NCBI GenBank assembly: GCA_012295275.1
Contig: CM022665.1
Coordinates: 26,908,001-26,972,000, forward strand
DNA length: 64,000 bases
From: Chrysomallon squamiferum
Lineage: Eukaryota; Animalia; Mollusca
Reading direction: 5' to 3'
Below the pieces are notes generated by a model that searched no databases, was not told where the DNA came from, and was given only the letters and a program-made list of their open reading frames with translations. Shown piece after piece: positions 28,157 to 41,950 of the stretch. The translations under genes and the position numbers were made by a program. Position 1 is the first letter of the stretch; each line of letters starts with the position of its first letter.

Positions 28157-30305
28157 AACTATTATTTTATAACTTTTATATATTTACTGGAAAAAAAGGA
28201 AAAATTATAAAGAAATAAATAACTTATCATCTTTTTTCTTATGATTATTATGTAAAGTATATACTGCTGTACTAGTTTGCATAAGGTATTTTATCTTAGA
28301 ATTACTTACACCGGTTGCTGTATCTCTTTGAGAAGCCATTCCTTTAACCATTTTATTGGTTCATTTAAAAATAGAACAAAAAAAGTGTATTAATAAATAA
28401 ATATTTATAACGATAGCAGAAGTCGTAATGTATCGACATGCCAACATTATTACATATTAAGAGAGAATAAAAATAAATAAATAAAACAACGATACATCTT
28501 TATTAATTCTGAAATAAACAGGGAAAGTTGATAGCATTGCTTACATAATTATATCACAGATTGTCTTATTTAACATAAAAATATAACGTTTCCTGTTGTG
28601 TTTAAAGAGTATACAAGTTATGTTTTCTATTAAGCTTTGTGAAACTTTATCTATAATATAAAGGAAATCCGCAAACCACACGAGAAAGTATGCATGATTC
28701 AAAGTAATGTTTAGAAAAGCAACGCAATTATACAATGTAAATTCTTTAAGTTATCAAAAGCATAAAACTATGTTTACATACCACCGTGATCAAAAGACTC
28801 AGGTTGGTTTGTTTCGTTTGTTGAATTTCGTTCAGGTTTTAAACCAGAAACTCGTGTCTGTGAAAAGAAACGAAATTATTTAATTACAAACACCACCATA
28901 AAACGGTATTTAGTCAGCGTTAAACATAAATGGAAAAGTATCTATTTTTTTATTGTTTGTTTCTTTACTATTTATTTCTTTATCTACTTATTGCTATCAT
29001 AGAGAACGTTTTTAATTATATGACATAATTCAAGACATTGGAAATAGAAAACTCAAAATGTTACTACTACTAATCGTTATTTTATTTATTTTTTCTTACT
29101 AGTTTATTTATTTATTGTTACTGAGAACTTTTTTAACTAGATCAGATAATACAAGATATTAGGAATAAAAAAAATAAAAACATTACTGCTACTAATAGTT
29201 TTATTTCTTACTTTTCTTACTTTATTTATTTATAACTACTGAGAACATTTTTAACTGCTTGACATAATTCAAGTCATTTGTAAATTCACTGTGAAAAAGA
29301 ATTTCATTTAGATAGTGCCAGATACATTTTTATCCTTAAATGTTTCATTCATAAAGGAAAACCAGGCTATGTTTAACGAATCATATTTTCATCATGATTA
29401 TTACGTTAAGTATATACCTTCTGCTGTAATAGTTTGCTTAAGGTATTTTATCACGGACAAAATATTGTTGTTGTTTGTTTTCAGAATTACTTACATCGGA
29501 TGCTGTACCTCTTTGAGCAGCCATTTCTTTAACCATTCTGTTGGTTACTTTAAAAATAGAACAAAAACTGTGTGTAAGTATCAATAAATAAATATTTATA
29601 ACGATAGCAGAAGTCGTAATGTATCGACATGCCAACATTATTACATATTAAGAGAGAATAAAAATAAATAAATAAAACAACGATACATCTTTATTAATTC
29701 TGAAATAAACAGGGAAAGTTGATAGCATTGCTTACATAATTATATCACAGATTGTCTTATTTAACATAAAAATATAACGTTTCCTGTTGTGTTTAAAGAG
29801 TATACAAGTTATGTTTTCTATTAAGCTTTGTGAAACTTTATCTATAATATAAAGGAAATCCGCAAACCACACGAGAAAGTATGCATGATTCAAAGTAATG
29901 TTTAGAAAAGCAACGCAATTATACAATGTAAATTCTTTAAGTTATCAAAAGCATAAAACTATGTGTACATACCTCCGTAATGAGACGACTCAGGTCGGTT
30001 TCTTTCCTTTGTTGACTTTCGTTCAGGTTTTGACTGACTGATTGCATCAAAGTATTGCTGAACGACATCAAAGGAAGGTGTCAAATCACAATATCGTGTC
30101 TGTGAAACGAAATTATTTAATTACAAACACAACCATAAAACGTTATTTAATCAGCGTTAAACATAAATGAAAGAAAACATTTTCTAATTTTTTCTTATTA
30201 TTTGTTTCTTTACTATTTGTTATTATAAAGAACATTTTCAAATTATATGACATACTTCAAGATATTAGAAATACAAAATATCAAAATATTACTACTACTA
30301 ATCGT

Positions 30306-30354
<49 letters not shown>

Positions 30355-33300
30355 TAGTTTATTTATTTATTATTACTTAGGACCTTTTTAACTATATCAG
30401 ATAATATAAGACATGACGAATACAAAAATATCAAAATATTACTACTACTAATAGTCAGTTATATTTCTTACTTTTCTTACTTTATTTATTTATAACTACT
30501 GAGAACATTTTTAACTGCATGGCATAATTCAAAACATTTGTAAATTCATTGTGAAAACAAATTTCATTTAGATAGTGCCAGATACATTTTTTTCCTTAAA
30601 TGTTTCATTCATAAAGGAAAACTAGGCTATGTTTAACGAATCATTTTGTATCATGATTATTACGTTAAGTATATACTTTCTGCTATACTAGTTTGCTTAT
30701 CACCGACAAAATACTGTTGTTGATTTTTAGAATTACTTACATCGGATGCTGTACCTCTTTGAGAAGCCATTCCTTTAACCATTTTATTGGTTACTTTAAA
30801 AATAGAACAAAATAAGTGTGTATGTATTAATAAATATTTATAATGATAGCAGAAGTCTTAATGTATCAACATGCAGACATTATTACATATTAAAAGAGAA
30901 TAAAAATAAATAAAATAACAATACATCTTTATTAATTTTAAAAGAAACATGGAAAATAGATATCATTGCTTACATAATTATATCTCAGACTGTCTTATTT
31001 AACTAAACAATATCACATTTCCTATTCTGTTGAAAGAGTATACAAGTTATTTTTCCTATTAACCTCTGTGAAACTTTATGTATAATATAAAGGAAATCCA
31101 CACACCACATGAGAAAGCATGCGTGAATCAAAGTAATGTTTAGAAAAGCAACGCAATTATACAATGTAAATTCTTTAAGTTATTAAAAACATAAAACTAT
31201 CACATTTATTATTATCATAGAAACCATAAAAAACTAAAATTATGTAATAAGCTACATGTAAATTTAACGTATAGAGATTTTTACATAAAAAAGAATAAAA
31301 ATATATAAATAAAATAAGAGTAAGAAGAAGCAAAATAACGATACATCTTTACTAATTTAAAAAGAAATATGAAAACTAGATAGCATTGCTTACATAAATA
31401 TATCTCAGATTGTCTTATTTAACTAAACAATATCACTTTTCGTATTATCTTGAAAGAGTAAAAGTTATGTTTTCTATTAACCTCTGTGAAACTTTATGCA
31501 TAATATAAAGGATATCTGCACACCACATGAGAAAGTATGCGTGAATCAAAGTAATGTTTAGAAAAGCAATGCAATAACACAGTGTAAGTTCTTTAAGTTA
31601 TCAAAAACATAAAATTATTTTTACATACCACTGTAAACAGACAACTCAGGTCGGGTTGTTGAATTTCGTTCAAGTTTTGGTTGACTGGCTGCACCATAGT
31701 ATCGCTGAGAGGCACCAATGGGAGATGCGAAACCAGAAACTTGTGTCTGTGAAAAGAAACAAAATTATTTAATTACAAACAGCACCATAAAACGGTATTT
31801 AATCAGTGTTAATCATAAATGAAAAAATAATTCTGTTTTTATCTTATTATTATTTCTTTACTATTTATTTTTTTTATCTAATTATTACTATTATTGAGAA
31901 CATTTTCAATTATATGACATAATGCAAGTCATTAGAAATAGAAAAATCTAAATATTACTACCAATAATAGTTTTTTTGATTTATTCTTTTTTTTAATTAG
32001 TTTATTTATTTATTAGTACAGAGAACATTTTTAATTTTATGACATAATTCAAGATATTAGAAATACAAAATATCAAGATATTACTACCAATAATAGTTAT
32101 TTTATTTCTTTTGTTTTCTTATTAGTTTATTTATTTATTATTACTGAGAACCTTTTTAACTACATCAGATAATAGAAGATATTAGGAATAAAAAATATCA
32201 AAATATTACTACTAATCAGTTTTATTAGTTTAAAAAAAAAAATTATAATGTTAAGTATATACTTTTTATTATTAATATAATTATTGTTGTTGTTTTATTG
32301 TTGATTTTTTTAATTTTTTTTTTTATTTTGGTGTCTTTATTTATTTATTTATTTATTTTAAATTTAAAAAATATAACAAACACTAGTACTATTAATAATA
32401 AACATTTTACTTACACCTGGTGCTGGATTGATTCGAGAAGCCATTCCTATAACCATTGTGTGTATGTATTAAAAAATAAATGTTTATAATGATAGCAGAA
32501 GTCATAATATATTAATTAATATATAGAAATTATTACATATTAAGAGAGAATAAAAATAATTAAATGAAATAAGAGTAAGAAGAAGGAAAATAACCACACA
32601 TCTTTATTAATTTTAAAAGATATACAAAAACTAAATAGCATTGCTTACATAAATATATTTTAGATTGTCTTATTTAACATAAAAATATCACTTTTCCCAT
32701 TATCTTGAAAGAGTATACAAGTTATTTTTTCTATTAAGCAATGTGAAACTTTATGTATAATATAAAGGAAATCCGCAAACCGCATGAGAAAGTATGCTAC
32801 AGTTAAACGCAGTTATACAACGTAAATTCTTTAAGTTATCAAAAACATAAAACTATGTTTACATACCACCGTAAATAGACAACTCGGGTCTGGTTGTTGA
32901 ATTTCGTTCAAGTTTTGATTGACTGGCTTCACCATAGTATCGCTGAGAGGCACCAATGGGAGATGTGAAACCCACATACCGTGCCTGTGAAACGAAACGA
33001 AATCATTTAATTAGAAGCAAAATTATAATACTGTTAATATTTTTTAATAAATACTTATTCGTGGACAACTATATTAATCGTTATTCGCTGCTCCATAAAT
33101 AAATACTATCTCAGTACAAAAGTTGGAAAATAGAACAAATTATCTTGATAATTTAAAAAAAATAATAATAATTTAAAAAATTAAAATAATATAAAACAAA
33201 ATGAAAAAATTAATATACTTATTTAAACTGTCAAGAAATTAGTGCTTTTCTATACATACGTCGGTTGATTCCATCATATTATTATGTGAAGGAAAACAGA

Positions 33301-34520
33301 GACACTAAAATGCATTATGACAGCAATATTTATTGCGATATGTTGCTATTATCTACAACATGTGTCAGAAATTGAAAGTAAAATACAACAAATACGTATA
33401 TGATAATGTCTTACTTTATTGATATTAATACTAGATAATTAAACACTCTTTGTATTTTAAGTTATTACTTTCAATTATATACATCACGTATACTTTAATT
33501 ATTATTATTATTATTATTAATTTTAATTTTGTTATATACACTTACGTTTATATCAGCTGACGGATTACGTGGTGACTGGTCGTGATATTTTTCTTTAAAA
33601 TAAATAAATACATACAGACATATAACCAGTCAGACCCACTCAGACATATATATAAATATTATAAATACATACATAAATAAATACGTGAAAACACACACAC
33701 AATTATACACACACATGCATGTTGTACATACATAAATAGTTCATACTAGTACTTGGTAATATTAAGACATAAACACCAGATCTAAACCAGCTATGTATTA
33801 CTACAATCTGCATGGCTTTTATAAAACATTAATATTCATTCAAAATTACAATATCATACAAAGAAATGATAAAACACTTGCTTATAATATTATAGTATTA
33901 TGTAATATAATTATCATTTGCACAATATTGATGTGTTCTATATATATATATATAATGTAAAATATAACTTCTATTAATTTAAATATTAATATATATACAC
34001 ACAGACGAAAGAAGAATGTGGTACGAATATTCCCTTTTAGTTTTTTTCTAATCCACTTATTCAGCCTGAGCGATGATAATGAAATTATAAAAAAAAAAAA
34101 AAAAAAATACAGTGAGTAAACAGTTTAATTACCTCTTTTGTGCGACTTGATAATTTTGTCGATTTTTAGTTCCATATAACGATCATTGCGAATTCGAATG
34201 GACAATCCTTCATTATGTGTTGTATATTTATTCATAAAACGGTATGAATTGTACGGTGTCGTTACAACTTTAATACTTCCGACTAACCCGACATTTTCGA
34301 GCTTTTTCAGAAGAAACAAACGTCGGTTTCCATCGATAACAAAAGGTTTTCCATCATAAACCATAACTTCAACTGGTGGAAGGCGCTGTTGTGGTGTTGG
34401 TGATTTCAAAAGATCGCTTAAAGATTCGTCCAGAGCTAGATCATTTTTAAATGTGTGCTTTATACTGTCTTGTGAATAAAATAATTGTGACGGTCGATAC
34501 GTTATCGTATTTGAATACAT
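27867..34520 (-). CDS. ParB/Srx-like domain protein, copy B (~361 aa; ParB-like domain + four ~36-53 aa exon-pair repeats + short tail)
   Basis: Exons 34520-34133, 33592-33546, 32984-32867, 32446-32415, 31746-31629, 30772-30741, 30099-29973, 29526-29495, 28857-28782, 28341-28310 and 27950-27867. All have GT-AG boundaries, phases alternate 1/0, no internal stops, 1086 nt. Domain is 63/123 identical to copy A without gaps (hand count). Confidence 0.8.
28200..33030. repeat. Tandem ~1.2-1.7 kb units, each holding one long and one 32-nt exon of copy B
   Basis: 28392-28773 and 29583-29964 are identical; further diverged copies at ~30830-31620 and ~32480-32860; related pieces at ~49220-49710 and ~63710-64000. 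Confidence 0.9.
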
Positions 34521-34553
34521 CTTCTAAACTGTATAATTATTATTAAGCACACA

Positions 34554-34649
34554 TTTATATACCAGAATGTCATACAGACTGAAAGTCGCTATTTCCACAA
34601 ATGAAAAAAGTGAAACTAGACTTCCAAGAAAAGGTTGTTTTTCTTAGAA
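34554..34649 (-). promoter_or_regulatory. Copy B promoter: TATA + IRF-E + two GAS motifs
   Basis: TATATAAA (minus, 34554-34561); AAAAGTGAAACTAG 34606-34619; TTCCAAGAA 34622-34630; TTCTTAGAA 34641-34649. Confidence 0.7.
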
Positions 34650-35317
34650 GGCGATAAAGGTTTTACCAGTAATCTATTTTTACACCATTATGAATAATGT
34701 TTTTTTTTTTTAATTTAACTGCTTAATGACTGTATTTCAGTACAACAACAACAATATTAGTAGTAGTAGTAGCAGTGCTTTTTAGACGGTTTGTCCAATG
34801 GGTTTAATCTAGCCTATTCAATAAGCTTAAGAATTATCCCATGCATACTATGATGCCACATTCAATACTCTACGAACCCATACATTTTTGTGACTTTTAT
34901 CCTGTGACATTTTTCCTATACTAAACCATGACTTTTTTCCAGTCACCATCAAATTGTCATTTTCTTCTTTCAAAAAATGGTTTACTTCATGAGGGTTTAT
35001 TATAATACAAAATCTGACATTAGTTTGAGTGATCTCACAAATGTATTCTTTGCAGATCTTTGCCAATATATTTTCATTATAAATCTAGCTTTTATTGCCA
35101 GCACTGAAGAAGATAATGAAAACCAATATCAACTACCTGTAAATTATTCGATGTTAATACAGTAACTGAAAATACTGATTCTTTTAAAACAAAAAATAAA
35201 AATAAAAATATAAAAAATGAATAAAATCAATATCATTTATAAATCTAAAGATGTTACATTTTAAAAGGAGGGAAAAAAAAGTTGTAATTTTTATTTTTTC
35301 CCCCACTTTTTCACCAG

Positions 35318-36678
35318 GTGTTCGAGGTCTTGATGGTGATGGAGATATTTTCAATCCAGCCAATCAGGGAGCTTTTACTAAGTTTGTCTTGATCAGACAG
35401 ATGGCAAAGGAGTCCATATGGCTGATGGGGTAAAGAAATATTTTACAGATCATAATTTTTCAATAGCTTTATTTTGTTCTGAATTTGGAAATACAGCAGT
35501 AATCCATTTCTGAAAAATAAAGTACAATAAATATATATATGTATATATATTCATTATACACACTGTATTTCTCTTCTTTAATAAATATAAGTCAACAATA
35601 ACCCAATTTAAGGGTATTATGGTTTCCATAATTTATATTAAGCAAAATACTTTTTAGGCTATAATATCTATTTATGGAACAACTTAATTTTTTATATATT
35701 TTTTTTTAATTTATATTTATATATATCCAGTAGGCTGTAGTCATTGACTAATACAGATTTCTCTGTAAACTGGCACCATTTCAAGGTCCTGTCCAGCTAG
35801 CGTTGATCTATTATGAACAAAACTTTGACTAATGTTGATACTGCCTTCTTAGGATTCCTGAACAAAAGAACAGTTTATATAGTAATTAGCATTGTCAGCA
35901 ATGGCACACAATTTTGCAGTATGATCACTTTTTAAATAATGACAGCAATTTCCACAGAATTAGACAACTGCACGAGATGAAATGATTGTGCTTCTTTGAA
36001 TGCTTGATAAACAATGATGCCATGCTTCTTGTAGTTACTATATGCAGCTAAATGAACTAATTTAATATTAGTGTGTGTTAATACCTAAGTGAATGCACTC
36101 ATTTAGATTTAGTGTCAATAGCAGAAGACTGCTTAAAAATGTATGGCACACATTTTGTGTTTTGCACAAATTCATGGTAATGGCAGAGTAACCTAAAAAA
36201 ATGTCAATGTATCAAACTTTCAATGCATTCTAAAATGATAGAAGTTTTCATCAAATCCACAGTGTAAACATTTGAAACACAGTGACCATTACCAGCAGTT
36301 GTACAAATCTACATTTTGGCAAAGAGAGAACAAGTTACTGCTGGTAAATTCAAAAATGTGAATTGATTGATGATACAGACACACTCTCATACACTGAACA
36401 AACTTCCATATACTCGTGTTCTTAAAATGATAAAACAAATAAAAGCAGATTTTGCAACCAATGTTAAATATGGTGGCCATGACAGAGGAGTTTGCAAAAA
36501 AACCTGCAGTCATCAGTGACAGACTATTTCTCAGCTGACGCTTGATAGATGTTTAACATTTGTAATAAAACATATTCCAGGTTCAGGTCATTTTAATCTT
36601 GATAAATCAGCACTTTGTTTAAAACAGTGTATAACTTTGGTTCCAAGTGAATCTGGTTTTGGCAGATTCCATTGTTTT

Positions 36679-36709
<31 letters not shown>

Positions 36710-39700
36710 GTGTGCATGTATGTGTGTGTCTATATATGCGCAAATGCACACGTATGTATATGTACACACAAACACAGACACACACACACACTACAACCCA
36801 CTTAAATACATCCAATAATAATAATAGCAATATACATTTACAGAGTGCCCCATACACAATAATTGTTCCTCTATACACTTTATGGTAGTGGAAAAGAATT
36901 GACATGGCAAAAATGAATATAACCCTGTCTAGGGAGTAATTTGCTGTGAATACAGTTACATAGCAGGGTCTTACACAATAGCAATAGTTGAAGCAGGAAC
37001 AGTTTATTAATCATAGGCTTCACAGAAGAGATTATATTTAAAATTGGCCTCAGTAAGTTACTTTAATTTTTAAAAATATGGTTAAAAGCAAAAAAGTAAA
37101 AATATATAAGAAGGTGCATGCTTGATATTGTCATTTCATAAGGTAGCAGATTGTGATTCATCCACCCACAAACATAAACACATACAAGCACATACATATA
37201 TAAATTAAATGCATAAACTAATAATTGATAAAATGTTTTAAAATGTTCATTCATTCGAGTTTATGCATTTTCATTTATATGCAATTTCGACAGCCTTTGA
37301 TAACCCAGTCATGAAGAATAGGCTATAAAATATTATTTATGTTAATTTATTAGAGAAATGCCTTTTGAAATGGACAGCACTGACGTGAAAAAAAGGCATT
37401 CTGGGTGGTATTTAATGGAGTATTTCTTCTAAGTAATAAGATTTTTGAAAATGTTTTTCAAGGGTTTCTCTGTAGAAAGGACAAGAAAATATACAAGAGA
37501 TTCTGTCCAAACAGTTGTACCTCTGTCAGTTTCTTGTAGCTTTGTCAATTCTTCGGGAAGGTAATATTTAAATTTCCTTTAGATAATTCTCTTGCTGCTA
37601 AGAATAAATAATTTGTAAACAGAAAATCATTTGTGTTCACTTTTTCTGTTCTTTTTCCATTTTGAAAATTGAATTTGAAAAATAATGCAAATACTTTATT
37701 ACTTGATTTTAAAAATTTGAGATATTTTGTTCACTGGTTTGTTTTACTTTTATGTTCTAATATTACAATATAAATGTTTCATTTATTTGTATATATTTGT
37801 AGATGATAAAAATAAAAATAAACTATATGCTTAAGAAGGTGTTAAACTGACTCTGTATTTATATGTTTATGCATGTGTATATAAAATATTAAATATTTTT
37901 CTGTTTTTACTGTTATATTACATTTATTATTATTATTGTTATTATTTTTTATTATTATTTTTTATACCATTGTTGCAGGAGGAAACTTTGTCTGCAAGTT
38001 GTTTGACTTGTTTACTCCCTTCAGTGTAGGTCTTGTTTATCTGATGTACTGAGCATTCAACCAGGTGTCCATCTTCAACCCAGTGACCAGTCGCCCAGCT
38101 AATTCAGAAAGGTAGCTTTTTTGTAATATGTATGTTTTTAAATATGTTAAATTTTGTTGATGGTTAATATATATATATACAAATATCTGTCATATGTATT
38201 TGTTATATATAGTTATACCAAAGACTGAAATTTAAACATTTTTTCCCATTCCAGATACATCATTTGTAAAGGCAGAAGACCAGACAGTGAACCTGTTTTG
38301 GAATACATGAGACATATTAACCATGACCTGTGTAAACTTCTCACATCCACATCCACAGAAGATGTTAATGAAATTGTCCCATTTGAAATGTTGAAGACTG
38401 ATGAGAAGTTTTTTCAGTACATCAGAGAATCCAATGAAATGTTAGTTGGACATGTTTAAACATATAATTATTCTAGTAACTGCAGATAACATATATTAAT
38501 CCATTCACAGAAGAATAAGGAATGAATGAATGTGTGTGTGTGTGTGTGTGTGTGCGCACGTATAAACATACACACGCACACACACGTAAATACTTATACA
38601 TTTGTACAAATGTATGCATGGTTAGAACAGAAAAGTAAATTATCCAAAATGATTTTAAATAATAATAATAATAAAGAGAAAAAAATAAAAATAAAATGTG
38701 TATATGTATTTTTCTTTTTTCTTTTTTTTCTTTTTTCTTTTTATTTTCATTATCATTATATTTATTTATTTATAACAACTTTTTAGCATTTTAAAAGATT
38801 ATTAAAAGTTAACTAAGTATTTACAGTATTTGTTTTTACTGTAATTATTAACAGAAATTGTTTTTATGTTTTAAATATATATTTCAGCATTGGAAGAAAC
38901 CAGGTGGTTAACTTGAAGAAGATTCAGATGTTCACCCAAAATGTGTAAGTAATGAATAAAACAATTTGACTAAAACAGTGCTTCCATATATTTTACATTA
39001 ACAGCAATTAGGTTTTTAGTTTTGAAATAAAATTAGAATAAATTGGTGACTCGAGTGTGCACAATTCTGCAGACAGAAGAACATGTTTCTCAAAGTCTTT
39101 GTTATATCACTGATGCTGAGATTTGTTTTGTTGTGGGGGAGAGGGTAAGTGTTTGTTTTCTTGTTTTTTAAGGTTTTTCAATAATTTAGTTTTTTTAATA
39201 CCACTTTTTTTTTATTTCGGCTTGGAAGGTTCTTCTTGCTTTACTAATGTAATCTGCCAATTTTTACTTAATAAACAGAACAGAAATACAGTGGTACCTC
39301 AAGTCATGAGCAGCCATGGTTGATTTTTTGCTTTGAGTTGGCACAATGAACAACACAACATCCAACCAGCATCCATCCTGTGTCTCACTCATTTGCTTCA
39401 CGTGGTTACCTCACCATGGAAGCATTCTCTGTTGTGTTATGCTCGCGTTTTGTGCACTATTTTGCCAAATATTATTGCATCCTAAGAAAGTGAGTGCAAA
39501 AAATAGTGCTGAAAAGAAGAAGCGAATGATGTCCATTGAATTAAAGCATGAAATCATTGAAAAATATGAGAGAGGGGTGCATATAGTCAGCATGGCTAGA
39601 CAGTATGAGCGTAGATAAAGGCTGTAACTCCAACCAAAGGCGTTAAAATAATTTCCAAGCTGCGAACGTCTGTCCATGAAAAGATGGAGAAACCCAAATC

Positions 39701-40029
39701 ATGTACACTTTTCAATATCAATTTGTCATTTATACATACATTTTTTGGTTTAAAAATACATTACAAAACATTAGGGTGGTTTTTGGGAGGCTGGAACAGT
39801 TTAATAGTATTTCAGTTAATTGCATTTGGGAAAATTGATTTGATATACAAGCAAATTGAGTTACAAGCCTGCTTCTTTTTTTCATAAATATATATTTTGA
39901 TGTTAGAGGATTTTTTTTTTTTTCCTGAGATAATTACATTTATTTCCAAAAGAATGAATTTAAAATTACAGAAACCTGTATGAGGACAGAGAAGCTAATA
40001 TTAGAAAACAGCGTCTTGAAAAATGGAAG
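35318..40029 (+). pseudogene. CMTR1: Partial, disabled duplicate of cap-specific mRNA 2'-O-methyltransferase 1 (FtsJ-type MTase domain exons)
   Basis: Exons 35318-35429 (GLDGDGDIFNPAN..AFTKFVL/TDGKGVH-MADG, frameshift), 37463-37560 ([32 protein letters not shown], +1 frameshift), 37979-38111 ([47 protein letters not shown] at 38050-38052), 38255-38440 (YIICKG...IRESNE), 38888-38944 and 39972-40029. These match the recognised CMTR1 MTase sequence; no upstream or downstream CMTR1 exons are seen. Confidence 0.92.
39289..39870 (+). mobile_element. Tigger/pogo-type DNA transposon deletion derivative in a CMTR1 intron
   Basis: TA followed by the CAGTGGTACCTC terminus; translation HPKKVSAKNSAEKKKRMMSIELKHEIIEKYERGVHIVSMARQYER resembles the CENP-B/Tigger N-terminal HTH. 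Confidence 0.8.
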
Positions 40030-41349
40030 GTAAAAAAAAAAAATGGATGTGTATCTGGAGCTGAGGATGTGTGTGTGTGTGTGTGTGTGTGTGATCACAC
40101 TAAAGATAATGTAAACTACATTTTCTGTGCTTCAGTTCTTTATTTTTATTACTAATCTTTGCTAAAAACATAATAAGAGAACAGATGGCTACAACATTTT
40201 TCATTTGTTTGATAATATTATTTCATAAATAGAAAATGTTAACAACCACAAAAGATTTATATGAGTTAATCTTTGCTAAGTTTCTATGGAAATAAATAAA
40301 ACTGTCAAATGAAAGGATGTAAAGGATGCTTCTTCAGTTTATCAGTTAAATTTTATTCTTATTTGTATATTTTATTTGACAACTTCGAATCTTTTTTCAA
40401 TTAATTAGGAGTCAACACTGTATTTCCCAAACAGAAATATAATTAGATGTGAAATGTTGTGAAAAATACGACCAGCATTCACTTCTGTGATGCTTATCTT
40501 CAACACAAACACTGTTGTGATGTAAAGACATTTCTTTTAAAGATTTTGAAAAATTGCTATTTGAGAAATGAAGTATTTTTCAACAAATAATGCTGTTCAA
40601 TTATAGTAAAATAATACTGTGATGTAAATGATAATTTAATTTTTATATTAACATTTAGATAATGTATCTTCATTTTCTGTGAAATTATTTTATTTCACAT
40701 TTTAACACCTTTTATAATTACATATGTTGTATTTTGTATTTTTTATTTTATTCGTATATTTTAGAGTTGTGGGATGCCTAGATACAACAGATATGACATA
40801 AATTTTTAAATTTAATTAGAAGTACTTTAAAATTTATTTTAAATTTATATGTTAAAAATGCAAGAGGTTTGAGGCTGATTGCCTGTCATAGTTTAATGAC
40901 ATGTTGGCCAGTACAGGATATTATTTGGTTTTCTCTATTATCATTGTTTTCACATCTTCATTTGATGAGCTTAATTTTCAACTCTGAATAATTGACATGT
41001 GTTACTTAATAATTCCCCCTACCAAGAAATTAACTTTTAAATATTAACAATACAAGCCACTTCAGCTGAAAAATCCTAAGATGCCATTTACAATTACTAA
41101 TTTTTGTGTTTACAGTAATTTCGGTATTCTTAGTTGCAGAATTGAATGAATTTTATTTAGTTACTTATTTTCATATATTACAGAATCTTTTTCTGCTGAT
41201 GTAATGTTTATTTTAAATATAAATAAGTGAGGTTCCTTTAAAATTACAGGTATAAATGTGATGTTGTTAGTGATCATCATTGTTCTGTCCATTATTGGTA
41301 TCATCACCTTTTACCATTCAGAGTTTAATGGTGTAATTTAATATTTACA

Positions 41350-41614
41350 AGATTGTATATTTCTACATTATTTAAATTTAGTCAGTAAATATTAATCCTA
41401 ATTGTGTCGTCATTTTTATTTGAAGAAAATAATTAAGTTGTTACTTTAAGCATACTGGTTACTTTTAGTTTTCCTCTTCACAGTTACTATATTTTTTTTT
41501 TACCTTACAATTGATGTTTTGCTCAAGTTATTTTTAAATAATTTTTCATTTATTTAATAAACTAAAATCTCATTCAGGAACTGGTCACTTTTATTATTTA
41601 TGTGTAAATGTTCA

Positions 41615-41666
<52 letters not shown>

Positions 41667-41950
41667 TGTAAGTATGCATTTAAGTAGGTATCTGAGTGTA
41701 TGTACTCATGTATATTTGTTTGTGAATGCATGTATTAGTGTATGTATCTGTGCTTATATGAATGCATATATCTACACACATTTTTGTTCTAGGATGTTTT
41801 AGGATGTTTTCTTCATTAAGTGCATGTGACCAAACAAAGAGAAAAATAACAACCTTACATACATATGACACAGATGTAAAATTGAATTGTATTTTCTCAA
41901 TTCATCTGCTTTTGCAATCAAAAGAAAGTAAAAGTAAATAAATAACTAAA
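41350..41950 (+). repeat. Direct duplicate of ~49910-50570
   Basis: Shared TTCTACATTATTTAAATTTA...AATCTCATTCAGGAACTGGTCACTTTTATT...(TG)n...GTAAGTATGCATTTAAGTAGGTAT. Confidence 0.85.

Noticed and set aside
28541-29926. Two identical 64-aa ORFs (MYNCVAFL...)
   Set aside because: They fall in the duplicated introns of copy B and are not open in the other repeat units.
28200-33030. CRISPR-like or prokaryotic repeat array
   Set aside because: Units are kb-scale intron/exon duplications in eukaryotic DNA; there are no short repeat-spacer arrays or cas genes.
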